A DNA stretch of 64,000 nt from Christensenellaceae bacterium. GTDB lineage: Bacteria; Bacillota; Clostridia; Christensenellales; Borkfalkiaceae. Below the pieces are notes generated by a model. That model did not search any database and was not told where the DNA came from. It saw only the letters and a program-made list of their open reading frames with translations. This document shows, in pieces, positions 19,591 through 28,383 of the stretch. Position 1 is the stretch's first letter, and each line of letters starts with the position of its first letter. The stretch covers positions 136-64,135 of the forward strand of contig JAZRSX010000002.1 in assembly GCA_045651725.1 (NCBI GenBank), read 5' to 3'. Both the position numbers and the translations under genes were made by a program.

Positions 19591-19619
19591 ATTTTAGCAC
19601 ATTAAAGCGTTAAAGTCAA
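19591..19619 (-). promoter_or_regulatory. his operon promoter with overlapping candidate operator
   Basis: Minus strand TTGACT-17-TAAAAT. The quasi-palindrome CTTTAATGTGCTAAAA (19592-19607) covers the spacer and -10. Confidence 0.55.
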
Positions 19620-19673
19620 TTATTTATAACCGCTAACGATAAACTTTAAGGGTAAATTTTTACGTAAAAAACT

Positions 19674-19702
19674 AAAAAAACGGGGCTATGCCCCGTTTTT
19701 TT
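19674..19702. terminator. Bidirectional terminator after the CNNM gene
   Basis: AAAAAAACGGGGC-tat-GCCCCGTTTTTTT. Confidence 0.85.
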
Positions 19703-20969
19703 ATTCGTTTTCTTCTTCGATTTCTTCTTGCATTACTTCAACTTTAATTTCTATAACCTTTTTTCTCGTTGCTTTTGTAACGGTTATGTTTAAGTTTTTG
19801 TAACTTAACTTTCTGCCTTGAACGGGAAGTTCGCCAAGTTTTTCGGTTACCCAACCGCCAACGGTGTTAGCGTCAAACTCCTCTTCTTCTTCAATTTCAA
19901 AGTGTTCAAAGAAATTATCAAGCGCCATATTACAGTTTACCGATATAGTGCCGTCTTTGTTTTCTATAATTTCTTCATCAAATTCGTCGTATTCGTCGTA
20001 GATTTCGCCAACAAGTTCTTCGATGATATCTTCAACCGTTACGATACCCAAAGTTCCGCCGTATTCGTCTAAAACGATAGCCATATGCAACTTTTTAAGT
20101 TGCAATTTTTTTAATAAGACCGAAATTTTAGTATGCTCGACAACGAAAACGACTTCTTGCATTATGTCTTTAATGTCAAATTCTTTTTTAGAGTAGTTTT
20201 TGTAGAAATCTTTTTGGTGAATAATGCCCACTACACTATCAATGTTTCCGTCGTATACGGGTAGACGCGAATACCTTTCGGTATCAAAAAGTTTTTTAAG
20301 TTCGCTTTTTTCAACGTCTAACGGAACGGAAAGAACGTTAATTCTTGGTATCAAAATATCTTTAACTTCTAAATCGTCAAATTCAATGGCGCTTCTTATA
20401 AGGTTGCTTTCTTCTTCTTTTAAAGTGCCGTCTTCTTGCGCTTCGTTTACGATTGTTATAAGTTCGTCGTCCGTAATAGCGTCGTCATTTTTAACTTTAA
20501 AAATTTTACCCACAACAAAGTTGAATCCGCTAAAAATTAAAGTTATAGGAAAAAGAACGTAATAGAAAGCCATTATCGGTAAATATGAAAAACTTGCAAA
20601 TCTTTCCGGTTGTGCTTTTGCTAGCATTTTTGGCATAATTTCGCCAAAAGTCAATACTGCAACCGTAATTGCAACGGTTGATATAAGCGAATAATTTACG
20701 CCTTCGCTTAATATCTTTGCAAAAAACAACATTGATAACGACGATGCAGATAAGTTAACTATGTTATTACCCACTAAAATTGTGGATAAAAGCATATCGT
20801 ATTTATCGTAAAGGTTTAGTACTCTTTCGTACTTTTTGTCTTTTAACGCTAAACTTTTTATTTTTATAACGTTAATACTTGTGTAGGCTGTTTCCGTTGA
20901 TGAAAAAAAGCCCGATAAAATTACTAAAATGATAATCGCAATCAACAGTTGCGGTGTACCGTCAGGCAT
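19701..20969 (-). CDS. CNNM/HlyC/CorC family transporter (DUF21 + CBS pair + CorC_HlyC)
   Basis: N-terminal 4-TM DUF21, CBS pair (DILIPR..., VYDG.IDSVVGIIH), and a C-terminal CorC domain. Confidence 0.88.
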   Translation of the reverse strand: MPDGTPQLLIAIIILVILSGFFSSTETAYTSINVIKIKSLALKDKKYERVLNLYDKYDMLLSTILVGNNIVNLSASSLSMLFFAKILSEGVNYSLISTVAITVAVLTFGEIMPKMLAKAQPERFASFSYLPIMAFYYVLFPITLIFSGFNFVVGKIFKVKNDDAITDDELITIVNEAQEDGTLKEEESNLIRSAIEFDDLEVKDILIPRINVLSVPLDVEKSELKKLFDTERYSRLPVYDGNIDSVVGIIHQKDFYKNYSKKEFDIKDIMQEVVFVVEHTKISVLLKKLQLKKLHMAIVLDEYGGTLGIVTVEDIIEELVGEIYDEYDEFDEEIIENKDGTISVNCNMALDNFFEHFEIEEEEEFDANTVGGWVTEKLGELPVQGRKLSYKNLNITVTKATRKKVIEIKVEVMQEEIEEENE

Positions 20970-21010
20970 TGTAGTTTAAATTTACTCCTTTTTAATTCCG
21001 TTTAGATTTT

Positions 21011-21844
21011 TTAGTAGCGGAATTCAATTTTTTTATATTCGGCATACTCGTCGTATGCTTTTTTACAAAAATAATAGCCACCTTGCTTTATAAGGCGCAA
21101 ACCCTTTTCTTCAAGGTACGTTTCAAATGCGTTTTGTGTTACGCCTTTTTTAGATAAAAAGTCAAAAAGCACAGTTTCCGCATTTTTTTGAACGACTTGA
21201 TAGTCGCTTGACTCGTCTTTATTGATTTTTGCGTTAAACGCGTTTATAAAGGCGTTTTTTTCTTTTTCGGACGCAAAACTATCTATAAAATCTTGCACGT
21301 ATACGCCGATTGTTTCTTTAATTGCTTTTTTAAGTTGGTTAAGGTTGTAACCAAACGGCCTACGAATATCGGAATATTTGCCGTTTTTAATTACGGCGTA
21401 ATACCCGTTTTCGTCTTTAAACAAAGCGTTATATGGATTTACGAAAAATTCTTCTAAATTTTCGCTTTCCATAAAAGCGCAAAACTCGTTTTGCAAAACC
21501 GTTAAAAACTCTATATAGTCGCTTGTTTCGTTTGCCCTATTTTTAATGCCGTTTACAAACTCAACTTCTTTACTTGTATGCTTATTAAAACACAAATACT
21601 TTTTAAAAACGAAAATTATAAAATCAAGCGCTTTTTCTTGTGAAAAATACTTCTTTTCGTAAGTTTCGTCAAGCGCGATTTTTGATAGATAATCTACTTT
21701 TTCAACCGCTTCACTTTGCGAAGGTCGTTCAAAAGAAAAAGAAGTTCTTAACTGTTTAACAGCAAAGTGCGATTGCGCTTCTTCAAGTTTTTCTCTTGCA
21801 AGTATTTCATCTATTTCTTTATACATTTTTTCAAGACAATTCAT
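21011..21844 (-). CDS. Hypothetical cytoplasmic protein
   Basis: 277-aa ORF in host-like composition; no motif recognised. Confidence 0.6.
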   Translation of the reverse strand: MNCLEKMYKEIDEILAREKLEEAQSHFAVKQLRTSFSFERPSQSEAVEKVDYLSKIALDETYEKKYFSQEKALDFIIFVFKKYLCFNKHTSKEVEFVNGIKNRANETSDYIEFLTVLQNEFCAFMESENLEEFFVNPYNALFKDENGYYAVIKNGKYSDIRRPFGYNLNQLKKAIKETIGVYVQDFIDSFASEKEKNAFINAFNAKINKDESSDYQVVQKNAETVLFDFLSKKGVTQNAFETYLEEKGLRLIKQGGYYFCKKAYDEYAEYKKIEFRY

Positions 21845-22149
21845 ATTTTAATACTCTTAAACACAAAATATGTAATATTATACTATATATTTTTTAAATA
21901 TGCAAATTATTTTTAACAAATAACGCTTTTTGACACTTTTTAATACAGTATGCAATAAAAACGTATAATATTTTAAAATTTTTAAGCATAAAAACCTATT
22001 ATGGACGTTGTTTTATCTTTAATCTTATCGGTTTGGGCTACTTTTTCTATAATTTTTTTGATAATAAACAAAAATGACGCAGGCTGTATAAACTGTAAAA
22101 ATTGTAAAAAGATTTGTAGAAATAAAAAAACCTATCGTAAAGACAGGTT

Positions 22150-22758
22150 TTAGTTTTTAGAAAATTTGCAACCGCAATAATTTTGCCTATATAGGTTATA
22201 CTCTTTTGAAAGTTCAATGCTTTTTTGATATCCGCCTTCTTTTTTAAAGTCGGCAAATAGGCAATTTACGTTTGTTTTTATAGAGTATTCTTTTAAAAGT
22301 TCGTTTATCCATTGTTCGTTTTTATGTGGACTAACCGATAGCGTGGTTGAAAAATAATCGTATCCGTTAGTTTTAGCAAAATTAGCCGTTTCTTCTATAC
22401 GCAAGGCATAACAAATTTTGCAACGCGCACCCCTTTCTAAATCGGTTTCGCGCCCTTTTACCGCCGTCAAAAACTCTTGCGGTTCGTACTTATGCGCAAT
22501 AACTTTTACGGTTTTTGCATAAGCCTTTTTAACAAATTCAATTTGTTCGTTTAGCCTTTTAAAATACTCTATTTCGTCGGTAATATTAGGGTTATAATAA
22601 AATATCGTAACGTTAAAAAACGGCGTAACCCTTTCTAAACAAAGCGAAGAACAAGGCGCGCAACAACTGTGAAGTAGTAGCGTTGGTTTTTTACCGCTTT
22701 TTTTAATTTCTTCTATTTGACTTTTAAAAAGCAAATCGTAATTAACCTTATTTATCAT
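22150..22758 (-). CDS. queH: Epoxyqueuosine reductase QueH (DUF208)
   Basis: LLLHSCCAPCSS, CKICYALR and YCGC cysteine motifs. Confidence 0.85.
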   Translation of the reverse strand: MINKVNYDLLFKSQIEEIKKSGKKPTLLLHSCCAPCSSLCLERVTPFFNVTIFYYNPNITDEIEYFKRLNEQIEFVKKAYAKTVKVIAHKYEPQEFLTAVKGRETDLERGARCKICYALRIEETANFAKTNGYDYFSTTLSVSPHKNEQWINELLKEYSIKTNVNCLFADFKKEGGYQKSIELSKEYNLYRQNYCGCKFSKN

Positions 22759-23020
22759 TTAATATTTTTTTGTAACCTTTGCCGTATTTTACGCATTTAG
22801 AAACCCTTGAAAGCGTTGCGGACGATATATCCGTTTTAGAAATTACTTCTTCATAGGTGTTGCCTTCTATTAAAAGTTTTGCCGAAACAACCCTTTGAGC
22901 CATTTGTTCTATTTCTTTATAGGTACACAAATCGGCAAAAAAATCGCGACAGTCGCTTTCGGTTTTTAATTTTAATATAGCGCTATAAAATGCTTTTACG
23001 TCTTTTTCGTCAATACTCAT
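22748..23020 (-). CDS. Second TrpR-like YerC/YecD family regulator
   Basis: FYSAILKLKTESDCRDFFADLCTYKEIEQMAQRV...ISSATLSRVSKCVKYG. Paralog of 19264-19557; distal gene of the ABC-transporter operon. Confidence 0.8.
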   Translation of the reverse strand: MSIDEKDVKAFYSAILKLKTESDCRDFFADLCTYKEIEQMAQRVVSAKLLIEGNTYEEVISKTDISSATLSRVSKCVKYGKGYKKILNDK

Positions 23021-23025
23021 TTTTC

Positions 23026-23820
23026 TTAATTATTATAATTTTTAAAAAATTGCTTTGCCATTTCCGTTTTTGGATTTTCAAAAACTTCTTGTGGCGTACC
23101 AAATTCGCCGACTTTTCCGTCATACATAAACATAACTTTATCAGAAACGTGTTTAGCAAATTCCATTTCGTGAGTTACGATTATCATAGTTATTTTTGAA
23201 TTTTCTTTTAATTCCGTTATAACTTTTAAAACTTCGTTAGTAAGTTCGGGGTCTAGCGCGGAAGTAGGCTCGTCAAAACACAAAACGGCAGGTTTTAACG
23301 CCATAGCGCGCGCAATTGCAACGCGTTGACATTGTCCGCCCGAAAGTTGACAAGGATAATAATTGATTTTATCGCTTAAACCAACGCTGTTTAAAAGTTC
23401 TATGCCCGTTTGTTCGTTTTGCTTTGCAATTTGTTTTAATTGCCTTTTTCTTTCAAAAAAGCCCACTTTTTTGCGTTTTAATTGCCTTTCCGCCCTAGCG
23501 TTTAAAGCAAGCGTTACGTTTTGAAGCGCCGTGTATTGCGGAAACAAATTAAAACTTTGAAACACTAAACCAAAAGTTAAGGTTTCGTCGTCACTTTTTT
23601 TAACTTCGCTTTTTGGAAATACGATTTCGCTATCAACCGTAATAGTACCGCCGTCGGGCGTTTCAAGATTGTTTAAACACCTTAAAAAAGTGGTTTTTCC
23701 GTTACCCGACGAACCAATTACAGACAAAACTTCGCCCTTTTCGATAGAAAAATCTATGCCCTTTAACACCGAAATTTCGCCAAAATTTTTAGTTAAATTT
23801 TTAACTTCTAAAAATGCCAT
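23026..23820 (-). CDS. Polar amino-acid ABC transporter ATP-binding protein
   Basis: Walker A GSSGNGKTT, signature LSGGQCQRVAIARA, Walker B LCFDEPTSALD. Two short insertions relative to typical GlnQ/HisP. Confidence 0.9.
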   Translation of the reverse strand: MAFLEVKNLTKNFGEISVLKGIDFSIEKGEVLSVIGSSGNGKTTFLRCLNNLETPDGGTITVDSEIVFPKSEVKKSDDETLTFGLVFQSFNLFPQYTALQNVTLALNARAERQLKRKKVGFFERKRQLKQIAKQNEQTGIELLNSVGLSDKINYYPCQLSGGQCQRVAIARAMALKPAVLCFDEPTSALDPELTNEVLKVITELKENSKITMIIVTHEMEFAKHVSDKVMFMYDGKVGEFGTPQEVFENPKTEMAKQFFKNYNN

Positions 23821-23822
23821 AG

Positions 23823-24497
23823 TTACTCCTTATAATATGAGAGTTTCTTCTCAAAATAGCCAAACAATAGAGTTAAAATTCCTACGAATATTAAATAGAA
23901 TACGGCAGAATAAAATAGTGGCCAAATTGCATATTTAGTAAATTGCTTTGCGATAATTATAATTTCAAGAACACCTATTGAGTTAGATAACGCAGTATCT
24001 TTTACTAACGTTATAACCTCGTTACTCATAGGCGCAAGTATTCTTTTTATTACTTGAAGCAAAACTATTTTATTAAAAATTTCGCTTTTTTTCATACCTA
24101 GAACAAACCCTGCTTCATATTGACCTTTTGGAATACTTTCTATGCCACCTCTAAATATTTCGGAAAAATAGCAAGCATAGTTAATAACAAAGGCTATACA
24201 TACCGCAATAAACGGACCAACGTTAACTAAATCGTATTCAAAATAAAAGTGATTGTCTAAATTATTCCAATATTTGCCGGGAAGAAAATATACCACAAAT
24301 ATTTGAAGCATAAGCGGAACGCCTCTAACTATCCATACTATAACTTTAAAAAGTCCTTTTAACGGCTTAAATCTGCTCATTGAACAAAACGCAATGAGCA
24401 GACCTAGTGGCAATGAACATATTAAAGTTATGGCAAACAATAAGCAAGTTAAGGCAAATCCATTAAGCAAACTTAACGTTACATAACCAAAATCCAT
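23823..24497 (-). CDS. Polar amino-acid ABC transporter permease
   Basis: His/Glu/Gln/Arg-type permease with an EAA-like loop (FRGGIESIPKGQYEAGFVLGM). Confidence 0.88.
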   Translation of the reverse strand: MDFGYVTLSLLNGFALTCLLFAITLICSLPLGLLIAFCSMSRFKPLKGLFKVIVWIVRGVPLMLQIFVVYFLPGKYWNNLDNHFYFEYDLVNVGPFIAVCIAFVINYACYFSEIFRGGIESIPKGQYEAGFVLGMKKSEIFNKIVLLQVIKRILAPMSNEVITLVKDTALSNSIGVLEIIIIAKQFTKYAIWPLFYSAVFYLIFVGILTLLFGYFEKKLSYYKE

Positions 24498-24515
24498 AAT
24501 TTATTATTCCTAATA

Positions 24516-25340
24516 TTAATCGTTTAAAGTAAAATCAGTTATAGCAGTTGCTACGCCATATTTTTCTGCCAACTCGTCAATATAACCTGTTTCTTTAAAT
24601 GCTTTTAAAATCGTGTTAACTTTTGCAGTTAATTCACTACCCTTTTTGAAAGCAATAGCGTAATATTCAATACCCAAGTCAATGTCGCAAATTGCAAAAT
24701 CAGAATAACCACTGTTATTTTTAATTAAGTCTTTTGCTAAAATAATATCAATAACTGCATAGTCTTTATTGCCGTTTCTAACAGCCTCGCAAGCGTCCAT
24801 TTGTGCAGTTAAACCTTGTTTATTGATGTTGATACCGTTAAAAGCAGAGTTTTCGCCATTGATAAGAGTATCCGCAGCAGAATCTGTTTCATATGCTAAC
24901 GACTTATTTGCTAAATCATTAAGACTTGTAATCTTATTAGCATTCTTTGTGAAAAGACATTGTCCGTTTTCCATATAATATAAAGAGAAATCTACAAGGT
25001 CGCTTCTATTCGTACCGTCGTCTTCTTTACTATTTGCAGTAAAGCCGTTCCAAACACAACCGATAGTATCGTTATTCAATTCAACGTATTTGTTAGACCA
25101 GTCAATGAGTTTGAACTTAACGTCATAACCAAGAGCGTTAAATACTCTTACGGCAAGTTCTGTGTCAAAACCTTTTAATTCGCCGTTTTCTTTATAGTTC
25201 ATAGGCGCATAATCTGTGTAACCTACTACTATTTCATTTGGCGTTACGTCAACAACTTTGTCTTTACCACATGCAGTTAAACCTAAACTAGCGGTAATCG
25301 CTAACGTTAAAGTTAAAATAAGCGTTAATAATTTTTTCAT
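24516..25340 (-). CDS. Amino-acid ABC transporter substrate-binding lipoprotein
   Basis: Lipobox LGLTAC; SBP_bac_3-like (GFDTELA..., WNGFTA). Confidence 0.85.
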   Translation of the reverse strand: MKKLLTLILTLTLAITASLGLTACGKDKVVDVTPNEIVVGYTDYAPMNYKENGELKGFDTELAVRVFNALGYDVKFKLIDWSNKYVELNNDTIGCVWNGFTANSKEDDGTNRSDLVDFSLYYMENGQCLFTKNANKITSLNDLANKSLAYETDSAADTLINGENSAFNGININKQGLTAQMDACEAVRNGNKDYAVIDIILAKDLIKNNSGYSDFAICDIDLGIEYYAIAFKKGSELTAKVNTILKAFKETGYIDELAEKYGVATAITDFTLND

Positions 25341-25546
25341 AATTTTTTACCTCTTTAAAAAATTTTTTTCTTTGTTTTTTGCTTTATCACTTTAATGCAA
25401 TAAAGTAATTTGATAGTGTCATTATACTTCATTACGATAAAGTTGTAAAGTGTTTTTAACTACTTTTTTTAATTTTTTTTATATTTTTTTCGACGCTTTT
25501 TAAAATTGCCGATAATATATGTGATTTTACAAATAAATTAACAAAA

Positions 25547-25587
25547 TAAAAAACCACTTTTTTGGTTTTAAAAAGTGGTTTTTTTTA
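25547..25587 (-). terminator. Terminator downstream of htpG
   Basis: AACCACTTTTT...AAAAAGTGGTT with flanking A/T runs. Confidence 0.75.
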
Positions 25588-25601
25588 GGTTTTAGTTGAT
25601 T

Positions 25602-27446
25602 TTATTTAGATATAAGGTCAAAAATTGCGTCAGCCGTTTCGGTAACGTTTTCTAATTCTAACCCTGCCATAAGCATTGCCTCGGCATAGATAACGCCACA
25701 AAGTTTTGTAAATTCTTGGCTAGTTGCGTCAAGCGTTTTTAACTTTTTAAACAACGGGTGTAAAACGTTGATTTCTAAAACCTTGTTTGCCTTAACCTTG
25801 TTTACTTCGTTGTTATTTGCGCTTAAAACTTTTTCCATTTCAAGCGAAATTTCGCCTTCGCTAGACATACAAACTGCGTGGTTGTTGAGTTTTGTTGAGC
25901 CAACGACTTTTGTAACCTTATCTTTTAAAATTGTTTCTATTGATTTTAAAAGTTCTTTATCTTCTTCGGCTACGGCTTCGTCTTGAACGTCTTGCGATTG
26001 ACTTGTAACGTTTTTAAATTGCTTTTTATCGTATTCGCCCAAAAACTTAACGGCAAATTCGTCAACGTCGTCACTCATTAACAACACGTCGTTACCGCTA
26101 TTAAGCGCCGTTTCAACTTGTGGCAATAATTTTACCGCCGATGCAGTTTTTCCGCTTACGTAGTAAATTGCGTCGCTAGATGAATCGCAATATTCTTTTA
26201 AAGTTATTAGTTTTTCTTGCTTTAAAGAGTAGAACATCAAAAGGTCTTGCAACATTTCTTTATTCATACCCCAAGTTTGATAAATCGTAAACTTTAATTG
26301 TAAGCCGAAAGACTTGTAAAACTCTTCGTAGGCGCTTCTATCGTTTTTTAATAAATCTAAAAGTTCGCTTTTAATCTTCTTTTCAATACTACTTGCAATA
26401 GCCTTGATTTGACGCGTTTGTTGTACCGTTTCGCGCGAAATATTAAGCGTAACTTCGCTGTCTACTAACCCTTTAACGAAACTAAAATAATCGGGCAAAA
26501 GGTCAGAGCATTTTTCCATTATCATAACGCCGTTTGTGTAAAGTTTTAAACCTTTTTCGTAGTTTTTAGAGTAATAGTTATAAGGCGCGGTTTTTGGTAT
26601 ATAAAGCAAAGCCTTAAAGTCAACGGCGCCTTCAACCGACATAGAAATAGTTTTTAAAGGCTCGGTTGCGTCGTAAAAGTTTTCTTTATAAAAGTTTTCG
26701 TATTCTTCTTTTTTAACTTCGCTTTTCGACTTTTTCCAAATAGGCGTCATAGAGTTAAGAGTTTCTAGTTCAGTATACGCTTCTTGCTCTTTTCCGTCTT
26801 CTTTTGGTCTATATTTAGTTGCAAGCGCTTTTATAGGATACCTTATATAATCGGAGTATTTTTTAACAAGATTTTTAATTGTATATTCTTCTAAATAACT
26901 GTCGTAATTGTCGTTTTCAGTATTTTCCTTTATATATAAAGTAATTTCCGTGCCGTTACCTTCTTTACTTGCGCTTTCTATATCGTAACCGCTTGCGCCG
27001 TTAGAAGTCCATAAAAACGCATCGCTACTACCGTAAGCCTTTGATAAAACTTCAACCTTTTTAGCAACCATAAACGCCGAATAAAACCCGACGCCGAATT
27101 GCCCGATAATGTTGATGTCTTCTTTTTTTAAGCCTTCGTCGTTTTTAAAATCTAACGAACCCGATTTTGCAATAGTTCCAAGGTTTGTTTCAAGTTCTTT
27201 TTCGGTCATACCTATGCCGTTATCTATAATTTTTAGAGTGCGCGCGTCTTTATCAACCTTTATTTCAATATAAAAATCGTTGCGCGTAAGCCCCGAAATG
27301 TTGTCCGTTAAAGTTTTGTAGTAAAGCTTGTCAATAGCGTCCGAACAGTTAGACAAAAGTTCCCTTAAAAAAATTTCTTTGTTCGTATAAATTGAGTTAA
27401 TCATTAAGTCAAGCACTTTTTGTGATTCCGTTTTAAACTTTTTCAT
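25602..27446 (-). CDS. htpG: Molecular chaperone HtpG (Hsp90)
   Basis: ELLSNCSDAIDK, GQFGVGFYSAFMVA; full-length Hsp90. Confidence 0.95.
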   Translation of the reverse strand: MKKFKTESQKVLDLMINSIYTNKEIFLRELLSNCSDAIDKLYYKTLTDNISGLTRNDFYIEIKVDKDARTLKIIDNGIGMTEKELETNLGTIAKSGSLDFKNDEGLKKEDINIIGQFGVGFYSAFMVAKKVEVLSKAYGSSDAFLWTSNGASGYDIESASKEGNGTEITLYIKENTENDNYDSYLEEYTIKNLVKKYSDYIRYPIKALATKYRPKEDGKEQEAYTELETLNSMTPIWKKSKSEVKKEEYENFYKENFYDATEPLKTISMSVEGAVDFKALLYIPKTAPYNYYSKNYEKGLKLYTNGVMIMEKCSDLLPDYFSFVKGLVDSEVTLNISRETVQQTRQIKAIASSIEKKIKSELLDLLKNDRSAYEEFYKSFGLQLKFTIYQTWGMNKEMLQDLLMFYSLKQEKLITLKEYCDSSSDAIYYVSGKTASAVKLLPQVETALNSGNDVLLMSDDVDEFAVKFLGEYDKKQFKNVTSQSQDVQDEAVAEEDKELLKSIETILKDKVTKVVGSTKLNNHAVCMSSEGEISLEMEKVLSANNNEVNKVKANKVLEINVLHPLFKKLKTLDATSQEFTKLCGVIYAEAMLMAGLELENVTETADAIFDLISK

Positions 27447-27473
27447 AACAAATTCCTTCTTTATTTTTAAAAA

Positions 27474-27500
27474 TTAGCACTCTTATCGCGCGAGTGCTAA
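27474..27500. promoter_or_regulatory. CIRCE operator (HrcA binding site)
   Basis: TTAGCACTC-ttatcgcgc-GAGTGCTAA, a perfect match to the CIRCE consensus with a 9-nt spacer, 3 nt downstream of the -10. Confidence 0.92.
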
Positions 27501-27503
27501 TTT

Positions 27504-27532
27504 ATTATATATCTATATCTGCTAAAAATCAA
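27504..27532 (-). promoter_or_regulatory. htpG promoter
   Basis: Minus strand TTGATT-17-TATAAT. Confidence 0.7.
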
Positions 27533-27642
27533 GGGTTTTTGTATATTTTTTTGTGATTTTTTTGTAAAAAAATAAAAGTTGCCTTAAAAAAAGCAACCTT
27601 TAATAAAAAATTTAAGCGAGGCGTTAAGCCTCGCTATAAAAA

Positions 27643-27834
27643 TTAGTCTTTATTTTCAGTAGTTTCAACAACTTGCTTGCCGTCATAGTATCCGCATTTA
27701 GCGCAAACTCTATGAGATTGCTTTTGTGCGTGACATTGTGGGCATTCTACAAGGGTAGGAACTTTTGCTTTGTAGTTACTTGCAAATCTTTTAGCACCTC
27801 TTGCTTTGGAAACTTTACTCTTTGGAACTGCCAT
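27643..27834 (-). CDS. rpmF: 50S ribosomal protein L32
   Basis: MAVPKSKVSKARGAKR... with CxxC...CxxC. Terminator hairpin AGCGAGGC/GCCTCGCT at 27612-27636. Confidence 0.95.
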   Translation of the reverse strand: MAVPKSKVSKARGAKRFASNYKAKVPTLVECPQCHAQKQSHRVCAKCGYYDGKQVVETTENKD

Positions 27835-27853
27835 TTTTAAACACCTCTCTTTT

Positions 27854-28294
27854 TTACTTACAATCGCAATCCGTTTCGTTTAGATTGCATCCGCATTTAG
27901 GGCATAAACCCTTACAATCTTCTTTACAATATATTACAGACGGCGCGTTAGTAATAATGCAATCGTTCACCGCTTCGGTTAAGTCGACTAATCCCCTTTT
28001 ATACAAGAATTCGTCTTCTTCGGCATTATTTAGCACGTATTTAGCGCTTAACTCTTGACTAAAACTATATTTGCTTTCTTCTAAACACCTTGCACATCTA
28101 CCAACAATTATGCAATTGACGTTGCAGTCTACGTAAACGGCACTGTCGTGAAGTTCTACAGTACCAACTACGTTTACACCGCCGTCAATAACGGAGTCGA
28201 AAGGCAAAAGCAAATCGCTTTGCGCCTCTACGCAAAAAGCAAATTGTGATTCAAGTTTGCCACTATATTTTAACTTATTTACGTCTATAATCAT
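27854..28294 (-). CDS. yceD: YceD/DUF177 family protein
   Basis: Conserved position upstream of rpmF; C-terminal CKEDCKGLCPKCGCNLNE motif. Confidence 0.85.
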   Translation of the reverse strand: MIIDVNKLKYSGKLESQFAFCVEAQSDLLLPFDSVIDGGVNVVGTVELHDSAVYVDCNVNCIIVGRCARCLEESKYSFSQELSAKYVLNNAEEDEFLYKRGLVDLTEAVNDCIITNAPSVIYCKEDCKGLCPKCGCNLNETDCDCK

Positions 28295-28383
28295 TATATT
28301 GCTTTAAAATTATATAATATTTGATTACGCTTGTCAACTTTATTAAAGTATAAAAAAGCAATTATTTAGCCTTTTTAAAACTT

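Noticed and set aside
22047-22256. 69-aa minus-strand ORF overlapping the queH 3' end
   Set aside because: It is out of frame with queH, runs through the terminator hairpin and has no SD. The plus-strand 50-codon Cys-rich ORF is a slightly better explanation of the gap and is reported separately as tentative.
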